Positions 9,113-18,105 of a stretch of DNA of 64,000 nt are shown here, piece by piece. The stretch is from NCBI GenBank assembly GCA_965203905.1, contig CBDBDQ010000005.1, positions 736,001-800,000 of the forward strand. Direction: 5' to 3'. Within the stretch, counting starts at the first letter, position 1, and the number at the start of each line of letters is the position of its first letter. Made by a program: the position numbers and the translations under genes. The notes beneath the pieces are model-generated. The model was given only the letters and a program-made list of their open reading frames with translations. It did no database searches and was not told the DNA's origin. Source of the stretch: Spirochaetia bacterium (GTDB lineage: Bacteria > Spirochaetota > Spirochaetia > SZUA-6 > Bin103).

Positions 9113-11401
9113 ATGAGGAGCCTGGGCGCTCCAGAGCCGCTGGCTGACGCGCTGGCCGCCTGGCACATGGCCGCGGACGGCGGGACCGCTGCCGAGCTGT
9201 CGGTCGCGGGGGCGGTGCGGCTCGGGGTCGCGCTGACCGGCGCCGAGCGGGAGGCATCGCTGATACGCGGCGGCAACGGCGTCGTGGCGGAGTTCGCGGG
9301 CGGCTATATCCGGCTCGAGGGCCGCGCGCTGACGGCTGACCGCCTGCGGGGCGACGCGATGACGTTCGCCATGCGGCTGCGCGACCGCACCGGGCGCTGG
9401 GACGCGCCCCTGTTCGCCCGCGACGACCCCGGCGACGCCCTCGGCACCATCCTCTACGGCAGCGACGGCGCGGACAAGCCGCTCACTTACGCGCGCGGGG
9501 CGGAGCCGGGGGCGGCCACGCCCTGGTACCACCTGTTCGCGGAGCCGGGCGGCCCCGGCCGGCGGGACGGCTCGCGCGCGCTGCTGGAATACCGCTGGCG
9601 CACCCGGCCGAACGCCGCGGTGATCCGGTTCTGCGAACGCGGGACCGCGGCCGACAGCATCCTCGCGGACGCCCGCGCCGGCGTGCTGCAGGTGAGCGTG
9701 CCGGTGGCGCTGGTCGGTCCGACGGCCTGGCACGACGTGGTGTTCCGTTTCCGCGGAGCCAACCTGGAACTGTTCGTCGACGGCGTGCTGGTGGATGAGG
9801 AGTGGGGCTACGGCCTCTTGCATCGGTTCGAGCCCCCGTTCCTGGTCGGGGCGGCCTGGGAACAGGGCCGGTTGCGGTCCGGGTTCCACGGTCGGGTGGA
9901 CTACGTGGCGCTGTGGGACCGCGCGTTGAGCGACGCCGAGATCGCCAGCCTCAGCGGCGGCGCGACGGCCGCCACCCAACGCGCGGACGAGATCCTGGGG
10001 CCGGAGCGCCCGCTGCCGCACTACTGGCGGCCGCGCGGCTACAACGTCTACGCGGGTGACTGCATGCTGCTGTGGGACGGCAGCCGGCTGCACCTGTTCT
10101 ACCTGTTCGACCGCCGCCACCACACCAGCAAGTGGAACCTGGGCGCACACCAGTACGCCCACCTCTCCACCACCGACCTGGTCGAGTGGCAGCGCCATCC
10201 CCTGGCGATACCGCTCAGCCACACCTGGGAGTGCGCCATCGGCACCGGCGACTTCATCCACCACGCCGGCCGCTGGTACGCGTTCTACACCGACTGTGGC
10301 GGACGCTGTCAGTTCGAGGACAAGCCGCATTCCGGGAGCGGCGTGTTCCGCGCCGTCAGCGACGACGGCATCCACTACCGCAAGGACCCGGTGCCGGTGG
10401 TTCCGACCAGCGCCACCGGCTGCGCCGACTGCTCGATCTTCCATGACCCGGAGAGCGGCCGGTTTCACCTGTTGACCCAGGACCGGGACGCGGATGGCGC
10501 GCCGCTGGTGGCCCACTACCAGTCCACCGACCTGTCGGCATGGCGCCGCCAACCGCAACCGTTCCTCGCCGCCGGCACCATGGGCGCGTGCCCGCACCTG
10601 TTCACCTGGAACGACTGGTGCTACTTCGCCATGGGCAACCGGCTGTGGAAGGCGCGTTCCCTCGCCGGCCCCTGGCAGGAGCAGCACCCCGCGCCGCTGG
10701 CCGGCCTGAACTACCCGAAGACCGCTCCCTTCACCGGCAACCGCCTGCTGGCGGCCGGCTGGATCGGCCACGCGGGGTGGGGCGGCGACCTGCTGTTCCG
10801 CGAGCTGGTGCAGTTTGCCGACGGCCGCCTGGGCACCAGATTCCCGCCCAAGATGATCCCGCGGACCGGGCGGCCGCTACCGCTGGCCCCCGAACCCCTG
10901 CACGGCGAAACGAGCTGGCAGGACGGCCGCCTACGCTTGGCGGCGGCCGGAGAGCAGGAAGCGGCCGCACGCGTGGCGCAGGTTCCGGCTGACGCGCGCA
11001 TCAGGCTGCGGGTGGAGCCGGGGGGCGCCGCCCTGTGCCTGGGCCTCACCGATGGCGACGGTGAGGGGATAAGCGTGCATCTGGATCCGGTGCGGCGGCG
11101 GGTAGCGATTGTCGGCCCCCTCGACCGTGCGGGAGCCGGTGCCGAGCCTCCCGCGCTGCAGCCGGTCGCAGGTCTGGATCGTCCCTACGCCCTGGACCTG
11201 ATCGTCACCGCCGGGATCATCGATCTCTGCTTCGACGGCCGGTACACCTTGGTTGCCCGCCGACTCGGCCCCGCGGGCGGCGAATTGCGGCTCAGCGTCC
11301 GCGGCGGCACGGCGTTCGTTTCGCAGATCGAGGTGTGTCGGATAGCCGAGCCGGCGAATCGTTGGAGTCGGCATGCTGGCGCTGGCGTCCACTGCCTATA
11401 G
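9113..11401 (+). CDS. LamG/ConA-like domain fused to a GH32-like propeller and beta-sandwich
   Basis: LamG motifs WHDVV, LFVDGVLV and FHGRVDYVALWDRALSDAEI; AHLSTTDLVEW, YQSTDLSAW and RELVQFADGRL. Confidence 0.75.
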   Translation: MRSLGAPEPLADALAAWHMAADGGTAAELSVAGAVRLGVALTGAEREASLIRGGNGVVAEFAGGYIRLEGRALTADRLRGDAMTFAMRLRDRTGRWDAPLFARDDPGDALGTILYGSDGADKPLTYARGAEPGAATPWYHLFAEPGGPGRRDGSRALLEYRWRTRPNAAVIRFCERGTAADSILADARAGVLQVSVPVALVGPTAWHDVVFRFRGANLELFVDGVLVDEEWGYGLLHRFEPPFLVGAAWEQGRLRSGFHGRVDYVALWDRALSDAEIASLSGGATAATQRADEILGPERPLPHYWRPRGYNVYAGDCMLLWDGSRLHLFYLFDRRHHTSKWNLGAHQYAHLSTTDLVEWQRHPLAIPLSHTWECAIGTGDFIHHAGRWYAFYTDCGGRCQFEDKPHSGSGVFRAVSDDGIHYRKDPVPVVPTSATGCADCSIFHDPESGRFHLLTQDRDADGAPLVAHYQSTDLSAWRRQPQPFLAAGTMGACPHLFTWNDWCYFAMGNRLWKARSLAGPWQEQHPAPLAGLNYPKTAPFTGNRLLAAGWIGHAGWGGDLLFRELVQFADGRLGTRFPPKMIPRTGRPLPLAPEPLHGETSWQDGRLRLAAAGEQEAAARVAQVPADARIRLRVEPGGAALCLGLTDGDGEGISVHLDPVRRRVAIVGPLDRAGAGAEPPALQPVAGLDRPYALDLIVTAGIIDLCFDGRYTLVARRLGPAGGELRLSVRGGTAFVSQIEVCRIAEPANRWSRHAGAGVHCL

Positions 11402-11730
11402 GCCGCGCCGGTTCGCGGCTGTGTGTCCATCAAGGGCATCTCCAGCATGAACACCATGAACATGCATCGCGAGATCGGCGCCATGCAGAAAACAGCGTGG
11501 TATATGTGCCACCCGATCAGGAAGTGCGGGGAACAGGGCCGCAGCCTGTACGATGGGGGCCTTGCTCAAGCGGGGCTAAACGATCACCGCATGAGCCCTG
11601 CGCACCTACAGCGGTACATCGACGAGTTCGCCGGTCACTACAACCAGCACCCGTTGGTCACCGAGGTCCAGATGCACATGATGGCGCAGAGGATGGTGGG
11701 GCAAGCGGCTACACTACCGGGATCTCAAGG
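11345..11730 (+). mobile_element. Internally deleted, frameshifted IS1595-family transposase remnant
   Basis: KGISSM...HREIGAMQKTAWYMCHPIR joined almost directly to HRMSPAHLQRYIDEFAG; GKRLHYRDL follows in a shifted frame; most of the DDE core is missing. Confidence 0.85.
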
Positions 11731-11773
11731 TTGGCAAGGAGCACAGCGACATCAGGGCCGCGCAGTGAACATT

Positions 11774-12366
11774 CTAAAGACTTGGAAAGTCTCTCGGATT
11801 GCGCAATGCAGGAGGATTGATTGTACGTCCACCCTTCTTGTATGAGGTTTCAAATAGTCTCAGATTGTAATCACAGTGGTTGCCATACGACCGGGCAACC
11901 AAAACGTTGGCGCCCTCTGCCAAACGAGAAATCCTAAACGCTTCATCCTCGTCGAACCGCTCGCCGAGGATCACTCGCTTTATGCATTCAGGAGGAACCT
12001 CCGTGAGAAAAACAGGATAGTTGGGATTCCGGCGACTATGAACGTGCTGGCAATCTGACAGAGCTCTGGGAACTCGTACTTCCTGCTCGAATGCCCAATC
12101 AGTTGATTTCTCGCACAATTCGGCAATAGGAATCGGAGCGTTCAAATACGACCTGTAGTCTCGGACAGTGCGATGGGATGACTAGTGAATCTCAAAAGCC
12201 CACTCGAAGAACTCATGATCACCGGAACAATATCTTTTGGAACCAGAAGAAGTGGGACCAACTCGAACGGGTCGTTGAATGCGCCCGGCTGCGTAAACCT
12301 GATCTTGCGGTCCTTTAGAAATTGCTTCAACCGGTCGATGCAAACGTACTTATACAGACTGCTCAT
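11774..12366 (-). pseudogene. DUF2971-family gene, disrupted
   Basis: N-terminal LYKY...IRFTQPGAFNDPFE and C-terminal KSTDWAFEQEVR...IKRVILG; frameshifting junction near 12221; in-frame TAG at 12182-12184. Confidence 0.75.
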
Positions 12367-12374
12367 TTCACTGA

Positions 12375-12806
12375 TCACGTTCCGTGTTTGGCGGATGGAC
12401 ACACTTTGTGTCCCGGGTCCCACCATAGAACGTGCATTATGTTAGAGCGGTTGATGCACCACAGCCTTCTCTTGCCAGAGATTCGAAACGACATGAGTTC
12501 GTCGATATCGTCTCGATTGATCTCCCTAAGCCTGTCTTTGGCATCCTTGACCAGTTTCTCGACTTGAATCGGATGACTTCCTTGTCTAATTATTTCATTC
12601 CAATTCATCTTCTCAAAACCGCCGAGCTTGCTAACAATATCTTTGTGTATGCCGTCCGAGAGTTTATTCCATCCCCACTTTCCTCCAAGATCAACCTCGC
12701 TAAACCGCCAGGAGATGAAGTCAGAACCCTTGGTGTTGAGCTTCCTTGGTCGCTTCTCACCAGAAGGATTGTGCGCTGCTCGTGCGCGACGTTTGCGCTT
12801 GGACAA
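12375..12806 (-). CDS. Putative RelE/ParE-fold toxin (PanT candidate)
   Basis: Basic 143-aa protein with ELMSFRISGKRRLW and HVLWWDPGH; lies 15 nt downstream of a Panacea gene. Confidence 0.7.
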   Translation of the reverse strand: MSKRKRRARAAHNPSGEKRPRKLNTKGSDFISWRFSEVDLGGKWGWNKLSDGIHKDIVSKLGGFEKMNWNEIIRQGSHPIQVEKLVKDAKDRLREINRDDIDELMSFRISGKRRLWCINRSNIMHVLWWDPGHKVCPSAKHGT

Positions 12807-12821
12807 GACAGGATGAGAAAG

Positions 12822-13289
12822 TTATGAGAGACCGGTATAGTACTCAGCCATGGCAGCGTCGGAAATCCGCGCGTTGCCGCGCTCCCCCGGAGCCAATCCG
12901 GCAGACGACCGAGCATCCTTCCATGGGTCTTCTTGGTGGGTTAAGTCGCTCAGCCACTGGGAGCTCTTCTTACCGTAGAAATCCAGTACAGCGTCAACAG
13001 TCTCGCGTTGGTCTTTGTTGAGTTTTTTGTGCTTCCCTCCAACATCTTTTTTGGAGACAAGAAACACCCCACGGTGTCTCGCGTACAGACGGCGGACCAC
13101 CGGCCCATTGGCCCAAGCTTCGATAGGCTCCAGGAACAGCGGCAATTCGTCCCACACAAGGGACCAAGCCTGCGAGTAGTACACAAGCTTGTGCAACTTC
13201 ATCGCTGGCACGACACCGATCTGCTTGATAATGTAGGCGGCCACGTCGAACACCTTGACGGGACCTTCCTCCTGGCTACCGGATTGCAC
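12822..13289 (-). CDS. Panacea (DUF4065/SocA/GepA) antitoxin
   Basis: VFDVAAYI, MKLHKLVYYSQAW, IEAWANGPVV and LSDLTHQEDPW motifs; true start may be GTG at 13253. Confidence 0.9.
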   Translation of the reverse strand: MQSGSQEEGPVKVFDVAAYIIKQIGVVPAMKLHKLVYYSQAWSLVWDELPLFLEPIEAWANGPVVRRLYARHRGVFLVSKKDVGGKHKKLNKDQRETVDAVLDFYGKKSSQWLSDLTHQEDPWKDARSSAGLAPGERGNARISDAAMAEYYTGLS

Positions 13290-13605
13290 GTGACTTACCC
13301 CTCACTTATATATTACGTTTAGACGAGAGTGTCAACTTCCCATGACAGTTGGTGGGAAGGTTCACCGATGGAAGACGAACGATACATCGGTTGCATGTGA
13401 TCTTACCATTGACGGAGAGGTGACTTGCTCTCGGAAGATCAGCCACAGGGCCATTGACGATCTCATGTCTTCTCCTGAGAAGCTACCGTTTCTTCCATGA
13501 CTGCGCCGGCCCGCGGGCCGGTAGGAAGCTTGATTGGCCATGATTTCCATCGTAGTGGGTCATCCTCCGCTGCTGTGGGGCGCGGCCACACTACTGTGTA
13601 CGTAA

Positions 13606-13641
13606 ACCGTATACGATGTGGAGATCGTGGATTATCACTGA
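13606..13641 (+). pseudogene. Last 11 codons of a HigB toxin
   Basis: TVYDVEIVDYH* is the typical HigB (plasmid killer family) C-terminus; in-frame TAA directly upstream at 13603-13605. Confidence 0.75.
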
Positions 13642-13659
13642 GTTGGAGGTACTTCGAGC

Positions 13660-13965
13660 ATGGGCATGCAGAACAGGATGAGGCCGGTGCATCCAGGCGA
13701 GGTGCTACGTGAAGAGCTGGAGACGCTCGGTCTGTCGGCCAGTGCGTTGTCGAAGGCGCTGGATGTGCCGGCGAACCGGATCACGTTGATCCTGAATGGC
13801 GACCGCGGAGTGAGCGCGGACACGGCGCTGAGGCTAGCGAGGTACTTCGGGACGACGCCGCAGATGTGGCTGAACCTGCAGAAGACCTGGGAGCTGCGCC
13901 GAGCGGAGATTGCGTCAGGCCGCAAGATTATCGAACGAGTAACGCCACGACGGTCGGCGGCGTAG
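13660..13965 (+). CDS. higA: HigA/VapI-family antitoxin (HTH)
   Basis: RPVHPGEVLREE and ADTALRLARYFGTTPQMWLNLQ; GGAGG RBS. Confidence 0.93.
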   Translation: MGMQNRMRPVHPGEVLREELETLGLSASALSKALDVPANRITLILNGDRGVSADTALRLARYFGTTPQMWLNLQKTWELRRAEIASGRKIIERVTPRRSAA

Positions 13966-14058
13966 CGCCGCGACCCCCACGCGGGGTCAGCTCAGGCCGG
14001 GGCCAACGTTTGATGCGGAGCTACAGCCACCGCCAGAAGTGGCACCTGGTGTGGGGCG

Positions 14059-15408
14059 CTATCTGCTGACCCGGCGCGAGCGTAGCACCAAGACCACCAC
14101 CAGCACCAGCAGCGGCACGGCGGCCAGCAGCAGCGCCCACCGCGCCCGGACGGAAGGGGCCACGATGCGCACCTGGCGTTGGCTGGAGGGCAGCGGCCGG
14201 CCGTCGCGGTCCAGGACGCGGACGCGCAGCACCGGGCGTTCCCGTGAGAGGGGGAGGTGGAACGCGCGCAGCGACGCCTGCCGGTCCGCGTGCTCGACGG
14301 GATCGAACGGCACGATCCGGTAGCCCAGCGCCGCGCCCGGGAGCTGCTCGACGAAGAACGGCGCTTCCTGCACCGTGCGCGGCTGCGCCGCCGGCGCCCC
14401 CGCGGCTGTCTCGACCACGGCCCCGGGCACCTGCTGAATCCGCACCCACTTCATCAGCCCCGGGTTTCCCCTGGCGTCGTTGCGGCGCATCTTCTCGTAG
14501 AACAGGTCGTTGAACTCGCGCTGGTAGAACGGCCTGAGGTAGAGGTCGGTGGAGCCGTCGACGTACAGCACCGACGAGGGGCTGGTTGACTCCACCGGCC
14601 GCGTCCACTTGTCGCCGGGGATCACCTCCAGTCCGACCGCCTCGGCGCGGCGCCGGGCGAAGGTCACGATGCGGCGCTCCGACCCCTCCATGACCGCGCC
14701 GTCCGCGGTCAGCATGCGGATCCGGTACTCCCCCACCGGCAGGTTGATGATGAACGCCTGCTGCACCGGTACCGGGGGCACCACGTAGTGGGTGGGCGGC
14801 TGCGGCTCGGACGGAGGCTCCATCTGCTCCACCTCCGCGACCAGCTCGGTCACGTCCTCCCCCGCCTCGCGCATGGCGACGATGGTGCCCACCATCTCCT
14901 GCAGCCCCTGCTCGTACTCCATCCGCTCCCGCCGGTAATCCGCGACCGCTTCGTAGTAGGCCGAGATCAGGTCGCGCGAGTGCTGCACCACCGCCTCCGC
15001 CTCGGCCTCCGTGGCCACCTTCCAGTTCAGCTCGTACTCGCCGCGCACGTTGTAGTAGGTGTAGGGGGTCATGCCCAGTGACCGCGGCGGCTGCCCGCGC
15101 GCGCTCAGCTCCAGCGTGCCCTCGAACGTCACGTCGAGCGCCGACAGGTCGAGCTTCCACTCCCCGGTGATGGGCCAGAAGTAGACCAGCCCGTTGCGCG
15201 CGGTGAGGAAGTTGTCCACCTCCGCCAGCAGGTAGATGGTGTCCGCCTCGCGGCGCGCGAAGGTGCCGGCGTAGTCGAGCCCGTTGAACGCCGCGATCGA
15301 GTACACGAACTGCTCCACCCGCTCCGGCGCCTGGGCGGCCAGCGATCCGCCACCCAGCGCCCCGCCCAGCAGGATCATGAGCAGCGCCACTCGGCGCCGG
15401 GACTTCAC
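14059..15408 (-). CDS. Unknown exported protein with C-terminal membrane anchor
   Basis: Signal peptide ending LAA-QA, central acidic helical segment, Pro-rich linker, C-terminal TM helix and RSRRVSR tail; GTG start overlaps the permease stop. Confidence 0.75.
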   Translation of the reverse strand: MKSRRRVALLMILLGGALGGGSLAAQAPERVEQFVYSIAAFNGLDYAGTFARREADTIYLLAEVDNFLTARNGLVYFWPITGEWKLDLSALDVTFEGTLELSARGQPPRSLGMTPYTYYNVRGEYELNWKVATEAEAEAVVQHSRDLISAYYEAVADYRRERMEYEQGLQEMVGTIVAMREAGEDVTELVAEVEQMEPPSEPQPPTHYVVPPVPVQQAFIINLPVGEYRIRMLTADGAVMEGSERRIVTFARRRAEAVGLEVIPGDKWTRPVESTSPSSVLYVDGSTDLYLRPFYQREFNDLFYEKMRRNDARGNPGLMKWVRIQQVPGAVVETAAGAPAAQPRTVQEAPFFVEQLPGAALGYRIVPFDPVEHADRQASLRAFHLPLSRERPVLRVRVLDRDGRPLPSSQRQVRIVAPSVRARWALLLAAVPLLVLVVVLVLRSRRVSR

Positions 15409-16274
15409 GGCCGCACCCCGCGCACCTTCATGGTCAGGTGGCTGAGCGCCAGCACGGCCGCCGCCAGCACCAGCAGCAGCAACGCTCCCAGCGCATATAG
15501 CCCCCAGTTGCCCACCTCGGCAAAGCGCAGCGCCAGGTCCCAGTAGAACAGCGGCGAGATCCACTTGATGACCCATGCGAACACGCTCGCCAGGTTGCGC
15601 ACATAGCCGCTCACCACGGTGAAGGAACCGATCATCACGATGCTGAACACCAGGACCACGCCCAGGAACAGGGCGATCGCGGAGGCGGAATTGTCGGTCA
15701 GGGAGGCGGCGAGGATGCCGTAGCCGTAGATGGCGATGCACAGGAAGAACAGGATGATCAGGCTGGAGAAGAAGGCCGGCCCGAGCACCAGGTTGTTGAG
15801 GCCGGCGGCGAGCAGCAGGAACAGCAGCAGCACCACGAGCGAAACCAGCGTCAGCAGCAGGTCCTTGACCAGCGCGGCCAGGAAGTACGCAGTCGCGTCC
15901 GCTGGCCCGTAGGTGAGCAGCTCCAGTGCGCCGACCTTCTTCTCCAGGCCGAAGCGGAACACCGAGCTCACCGCCAGGTAGAGCAGCACCGGCAGGAAGC
16001 CGACGTAGAGGGTGAACAGGAACGGCCCCTCGGCGAACAGCTTGCTCACGAAGGTGCTCCCGAACGCCCCGGCCAGGCTTCTGCCGATCAGGTCGTAGGC
16101 GGGGTCGAGGGCGAAGTTGAAGGCGCTCGAATCGACCGCCCGGACGAACCCCGCCACCAGCAGATAGGCCAGCAGCAGGCCGATGGTCTGGGCCACGTAC
16201 CAGCCGGGACTGATCACCGTCTCGAGGATGCGGCGCCGGGCGATGACCGCCGTGGCGCGGAGGCGCGGGCTCAC
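15405..16274 (-). CDS. ABC-2 type permease
   Basis: About six TM helices; EKKVGALELLTYGP resembles the ExxxGTLELL loop; WISPLFY. Confidence 0.85.
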   Translation of the reverse strand: MSPRLRATAVIARRRILETVISPGWYVAQTIGLLLAYLLVAGFVRAVDSSAFNFALDPAYDLIGRSLAGAFGSTFVSKLFAEGPFLFTLYVGFLPVLLYLAVSSVFRFGLEKKVGALELLTYGPADATAYFLAALVKDLLLTLVSLVVLLLFLLLAAGLNNLVLGPAFFSSLIILFFLCIAIYGYGILAASLTDNSASAIALFLGVVLVFSIVMIGSFTVVSGYVRNLASVFAWVIKWISPLFYWDLALRFAEVGNWGLYALGALLLLVLAAAVLALSHLTMKVRGVRP

Positions 16275-17224
16275 CGGGCGCCGCCCATCCCCGCGAACAG
16301 GTCGACATTCTCGCTGGTGATGGTCACGAACGCCTCCTCCAGGCTGAGGCTCTGCTCCTGCAGGCTGAGCGGCACCAGCTCCTGGTCGATCAGGTACTTG
16401 CTGAGGGCGCGGCGGCTGTCACCGGTCTTGGCCACCTTCACCACCAGGGTGTTGCCCCGCGGCGCCGCGTCCTGCACGAAGTCGAGCGCCTTGACCTTCG
16501 CCGGCAGGTCTGCCGGGACCTGCTCCAGGTCGACGTGGATCTCGCGGTCCTTGGCCAGGGTGGACAGGAGGTTCGCCATTCGATCCTCGGCCAGCAGCTT
16601 GCCGCGATAGATGATCGCCACCCGCTGGCACACCTTCTCCATCTCCGACAGCAGGTGCGACGAGACGAAGATGGTACGCCCTTCGCGGCTCTCCTCCAGG
16701 ATCAGGTCGCGGATCTGCTTCACCCCGAACGGATCCAGTCCCGAGATCGGCTCGTCCAGGAACAGGATGTCGGGATCGTGCAGCAATGCGCGCGCGATCG
16801 ACAGCTTCTGCAGCATGCCGCGCGAAAACTGGCCGAACTTCTTGTTCTTCACCTGCTCCAGGCCGACCCGTTCCAGGAGATGGTCGATGCGGCGTTCGGC
16901 CTGCGGCACGGCGAACAGCTCCGCAAACATCCGCAGGTATTCCCCGGCGGTCATCCAGGTCCACATCCCGGCCGGATGTTTCTCCGGCACCACGCCGATA
17001 CGGCGCCGCAGGTCGAGCCGCGCGGGACTGTAGGCCTCGCCGAACAGGCGGATTTCCCCGGCGGTCGGCTTCACCACGCCCAGCAGCATCATGATCGTGG
17101 AGGTCTTGCCGGCACCGTTGGGCCCGAGGAAGCCGTAGATCTCGCCCGCCGGGATGTTCAGGTCGATGCCGGCCACCGCGGTGAACGACCCGTAGCGCTT
17201 GGTCAGGCGTTCGGTCCGGATCAT
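16271..17224 (-). CDS. ABC-2 exporter ATP-binding protein
   Basis: GPNGAGKTS, FSRGM signature, LFLDEP and SSH motifs. Confidence 0.95.
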   Translation of the reverse strand: MIRTERLTKRYGSFTAVAGIDLNIPAGEIYGFLGPNGAGKTSTIMMLLGVVKPTAGEIRLFGEAYSPARLDLRRRIGVVPEKHPAGMWTWMTAGEYLRMFAELFAVPQAERRIDHLLERVGLEQVKNKKFGQFSRGMLQKLSIARALLHDPDILFLDEPISGLDPFGVKQIRDLILEESREGRTIFVSSHLLSEMEKVCQRVAIIYRGKLLAEDRMANLLSTLAKDREIHVDLEQVPADLPAKVKALDFVQDAAPRGNTLVVKVAKTGDSRRALSKYLIDQELVPLSLQEQSLSLEEAFVTITSENVDLFAGMGGAR

Positions 17225-18078
17225 GAGCCGAGTCCCTGCACGTTCCAGGAAGTGAAGCGGTAGGCGGTCAGGGTGCCGGTGTTCTCGTACGGCTCAAGGT
17301 GGTCCGCGATCGCCTCCGGCGGCAGGTCCCAGATCTGTTCCATGATGCGGTCGATTTCCCCGGACTCGGCCGTGGTGGGGTCGGGGACGACGATCAGGTA
17401 GTCGATCACCCAGTAGCGATCGGCGTTGGCCTCGATCTCGGCGCCGGGGATGGAGGCGCTGTAACGGAACACGGTCTCGGGTGTAGCGTCCCACCGCCAC
17501 TGCAGCTTGCCCCGGTACAGCTCCGCGCCGCGGGAGGCACCGGCTTCGGTTTCCTCACGGGCCGGGGCGCCGTCGATCATCTGCACGGAGACGCGCGCTC
17601 CGATCCACAGGTCCAGGGCGGGATGGTTCACCACCGCCGGCCCCGCCGAGCTGACCGGGCGCAGCTCCTGTACCAGGTCGTTGCCCTCGCGCTGCTCGAA
17701 GACCACCCATCCGCTGAGGTCGGGCAACTCGTAGCCGACCAGCTCGATCGGTTCGGCGAGCCGGTTCGCGCCGCGTTTCAGGGTCACCGCAACGGTCTGG
17801 GCGACGTAGGAAGGCGCGCTGACCTCCAGCGCTGCCGCACCCGGAGCGAGCCGGGTGAACACCTGCGGCCGCGGCCCCTGGTCGCTCTGGAAGTGCGACC
17901 GAATCACCCGTCCCTGCAGCCGGAAGGTGGCATCCCACACCCAGTTCCCGCTCACCGCGTCGCGCACCACGAACTCGTAGGTGGTGTCCGGCGGATTGGC
18001 TGCCAGGTACACCGCGATCGCAACCGCCAGCACCACGACGATCGCCAGCACCGGAATCAGCACCCGTCGCGTCAGCAT
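17221..18078 (-). CDS. Unknown protein with N-terminal membrane anchor and a carboxypeptidase-regulatory-like beta domain
   Basis: N-terminal TM helix; VVRDAVSG...LEVSAPSYVAQTVAVTL pattern; ATGA overlap with the ATPase. Confidence 0.7.
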   Translation of the reverse strand: MLTRRVLIPVLAIVVVLAVAIAVYLAANPPDTTYEFVVRDAVSGNWVWDATFRLQGRVIRSHFQSDQGPRPQVFTRLAPGAAALEVSAPSYVAQTVAVTLKRGANRLAEPIELVGYELPDLSGWVVFEQREGNDLVQELRPVSSAGPAVVNHPALDLWIGARVSVQMIDGAPAREETEAGASRGAELYRGKLQWRWDATPETVFRYSASIPGAEIEANADRYWVIDYLIVVPDPTTAESGEIDRIMEQIWDLPPEAIADHLEPYENTGTLTAYRFTSWNVQGLGS

Positions 18079-18105
18079 CGTATTCCTTAGCGTACCACGG
18101 GAACG

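Noticed and set aside
13286-13320. AT-rich segment as a possible IS1595 terminal inverted repeat
   Set aside because: No matching arm found near 11340; it may simply be the Panacea promoter
15409-16308. N-terminal extension of the 749-aa ORF
   Set aside because: Off-frame overlap with the permease; the signal peptide begins at GTG 15408
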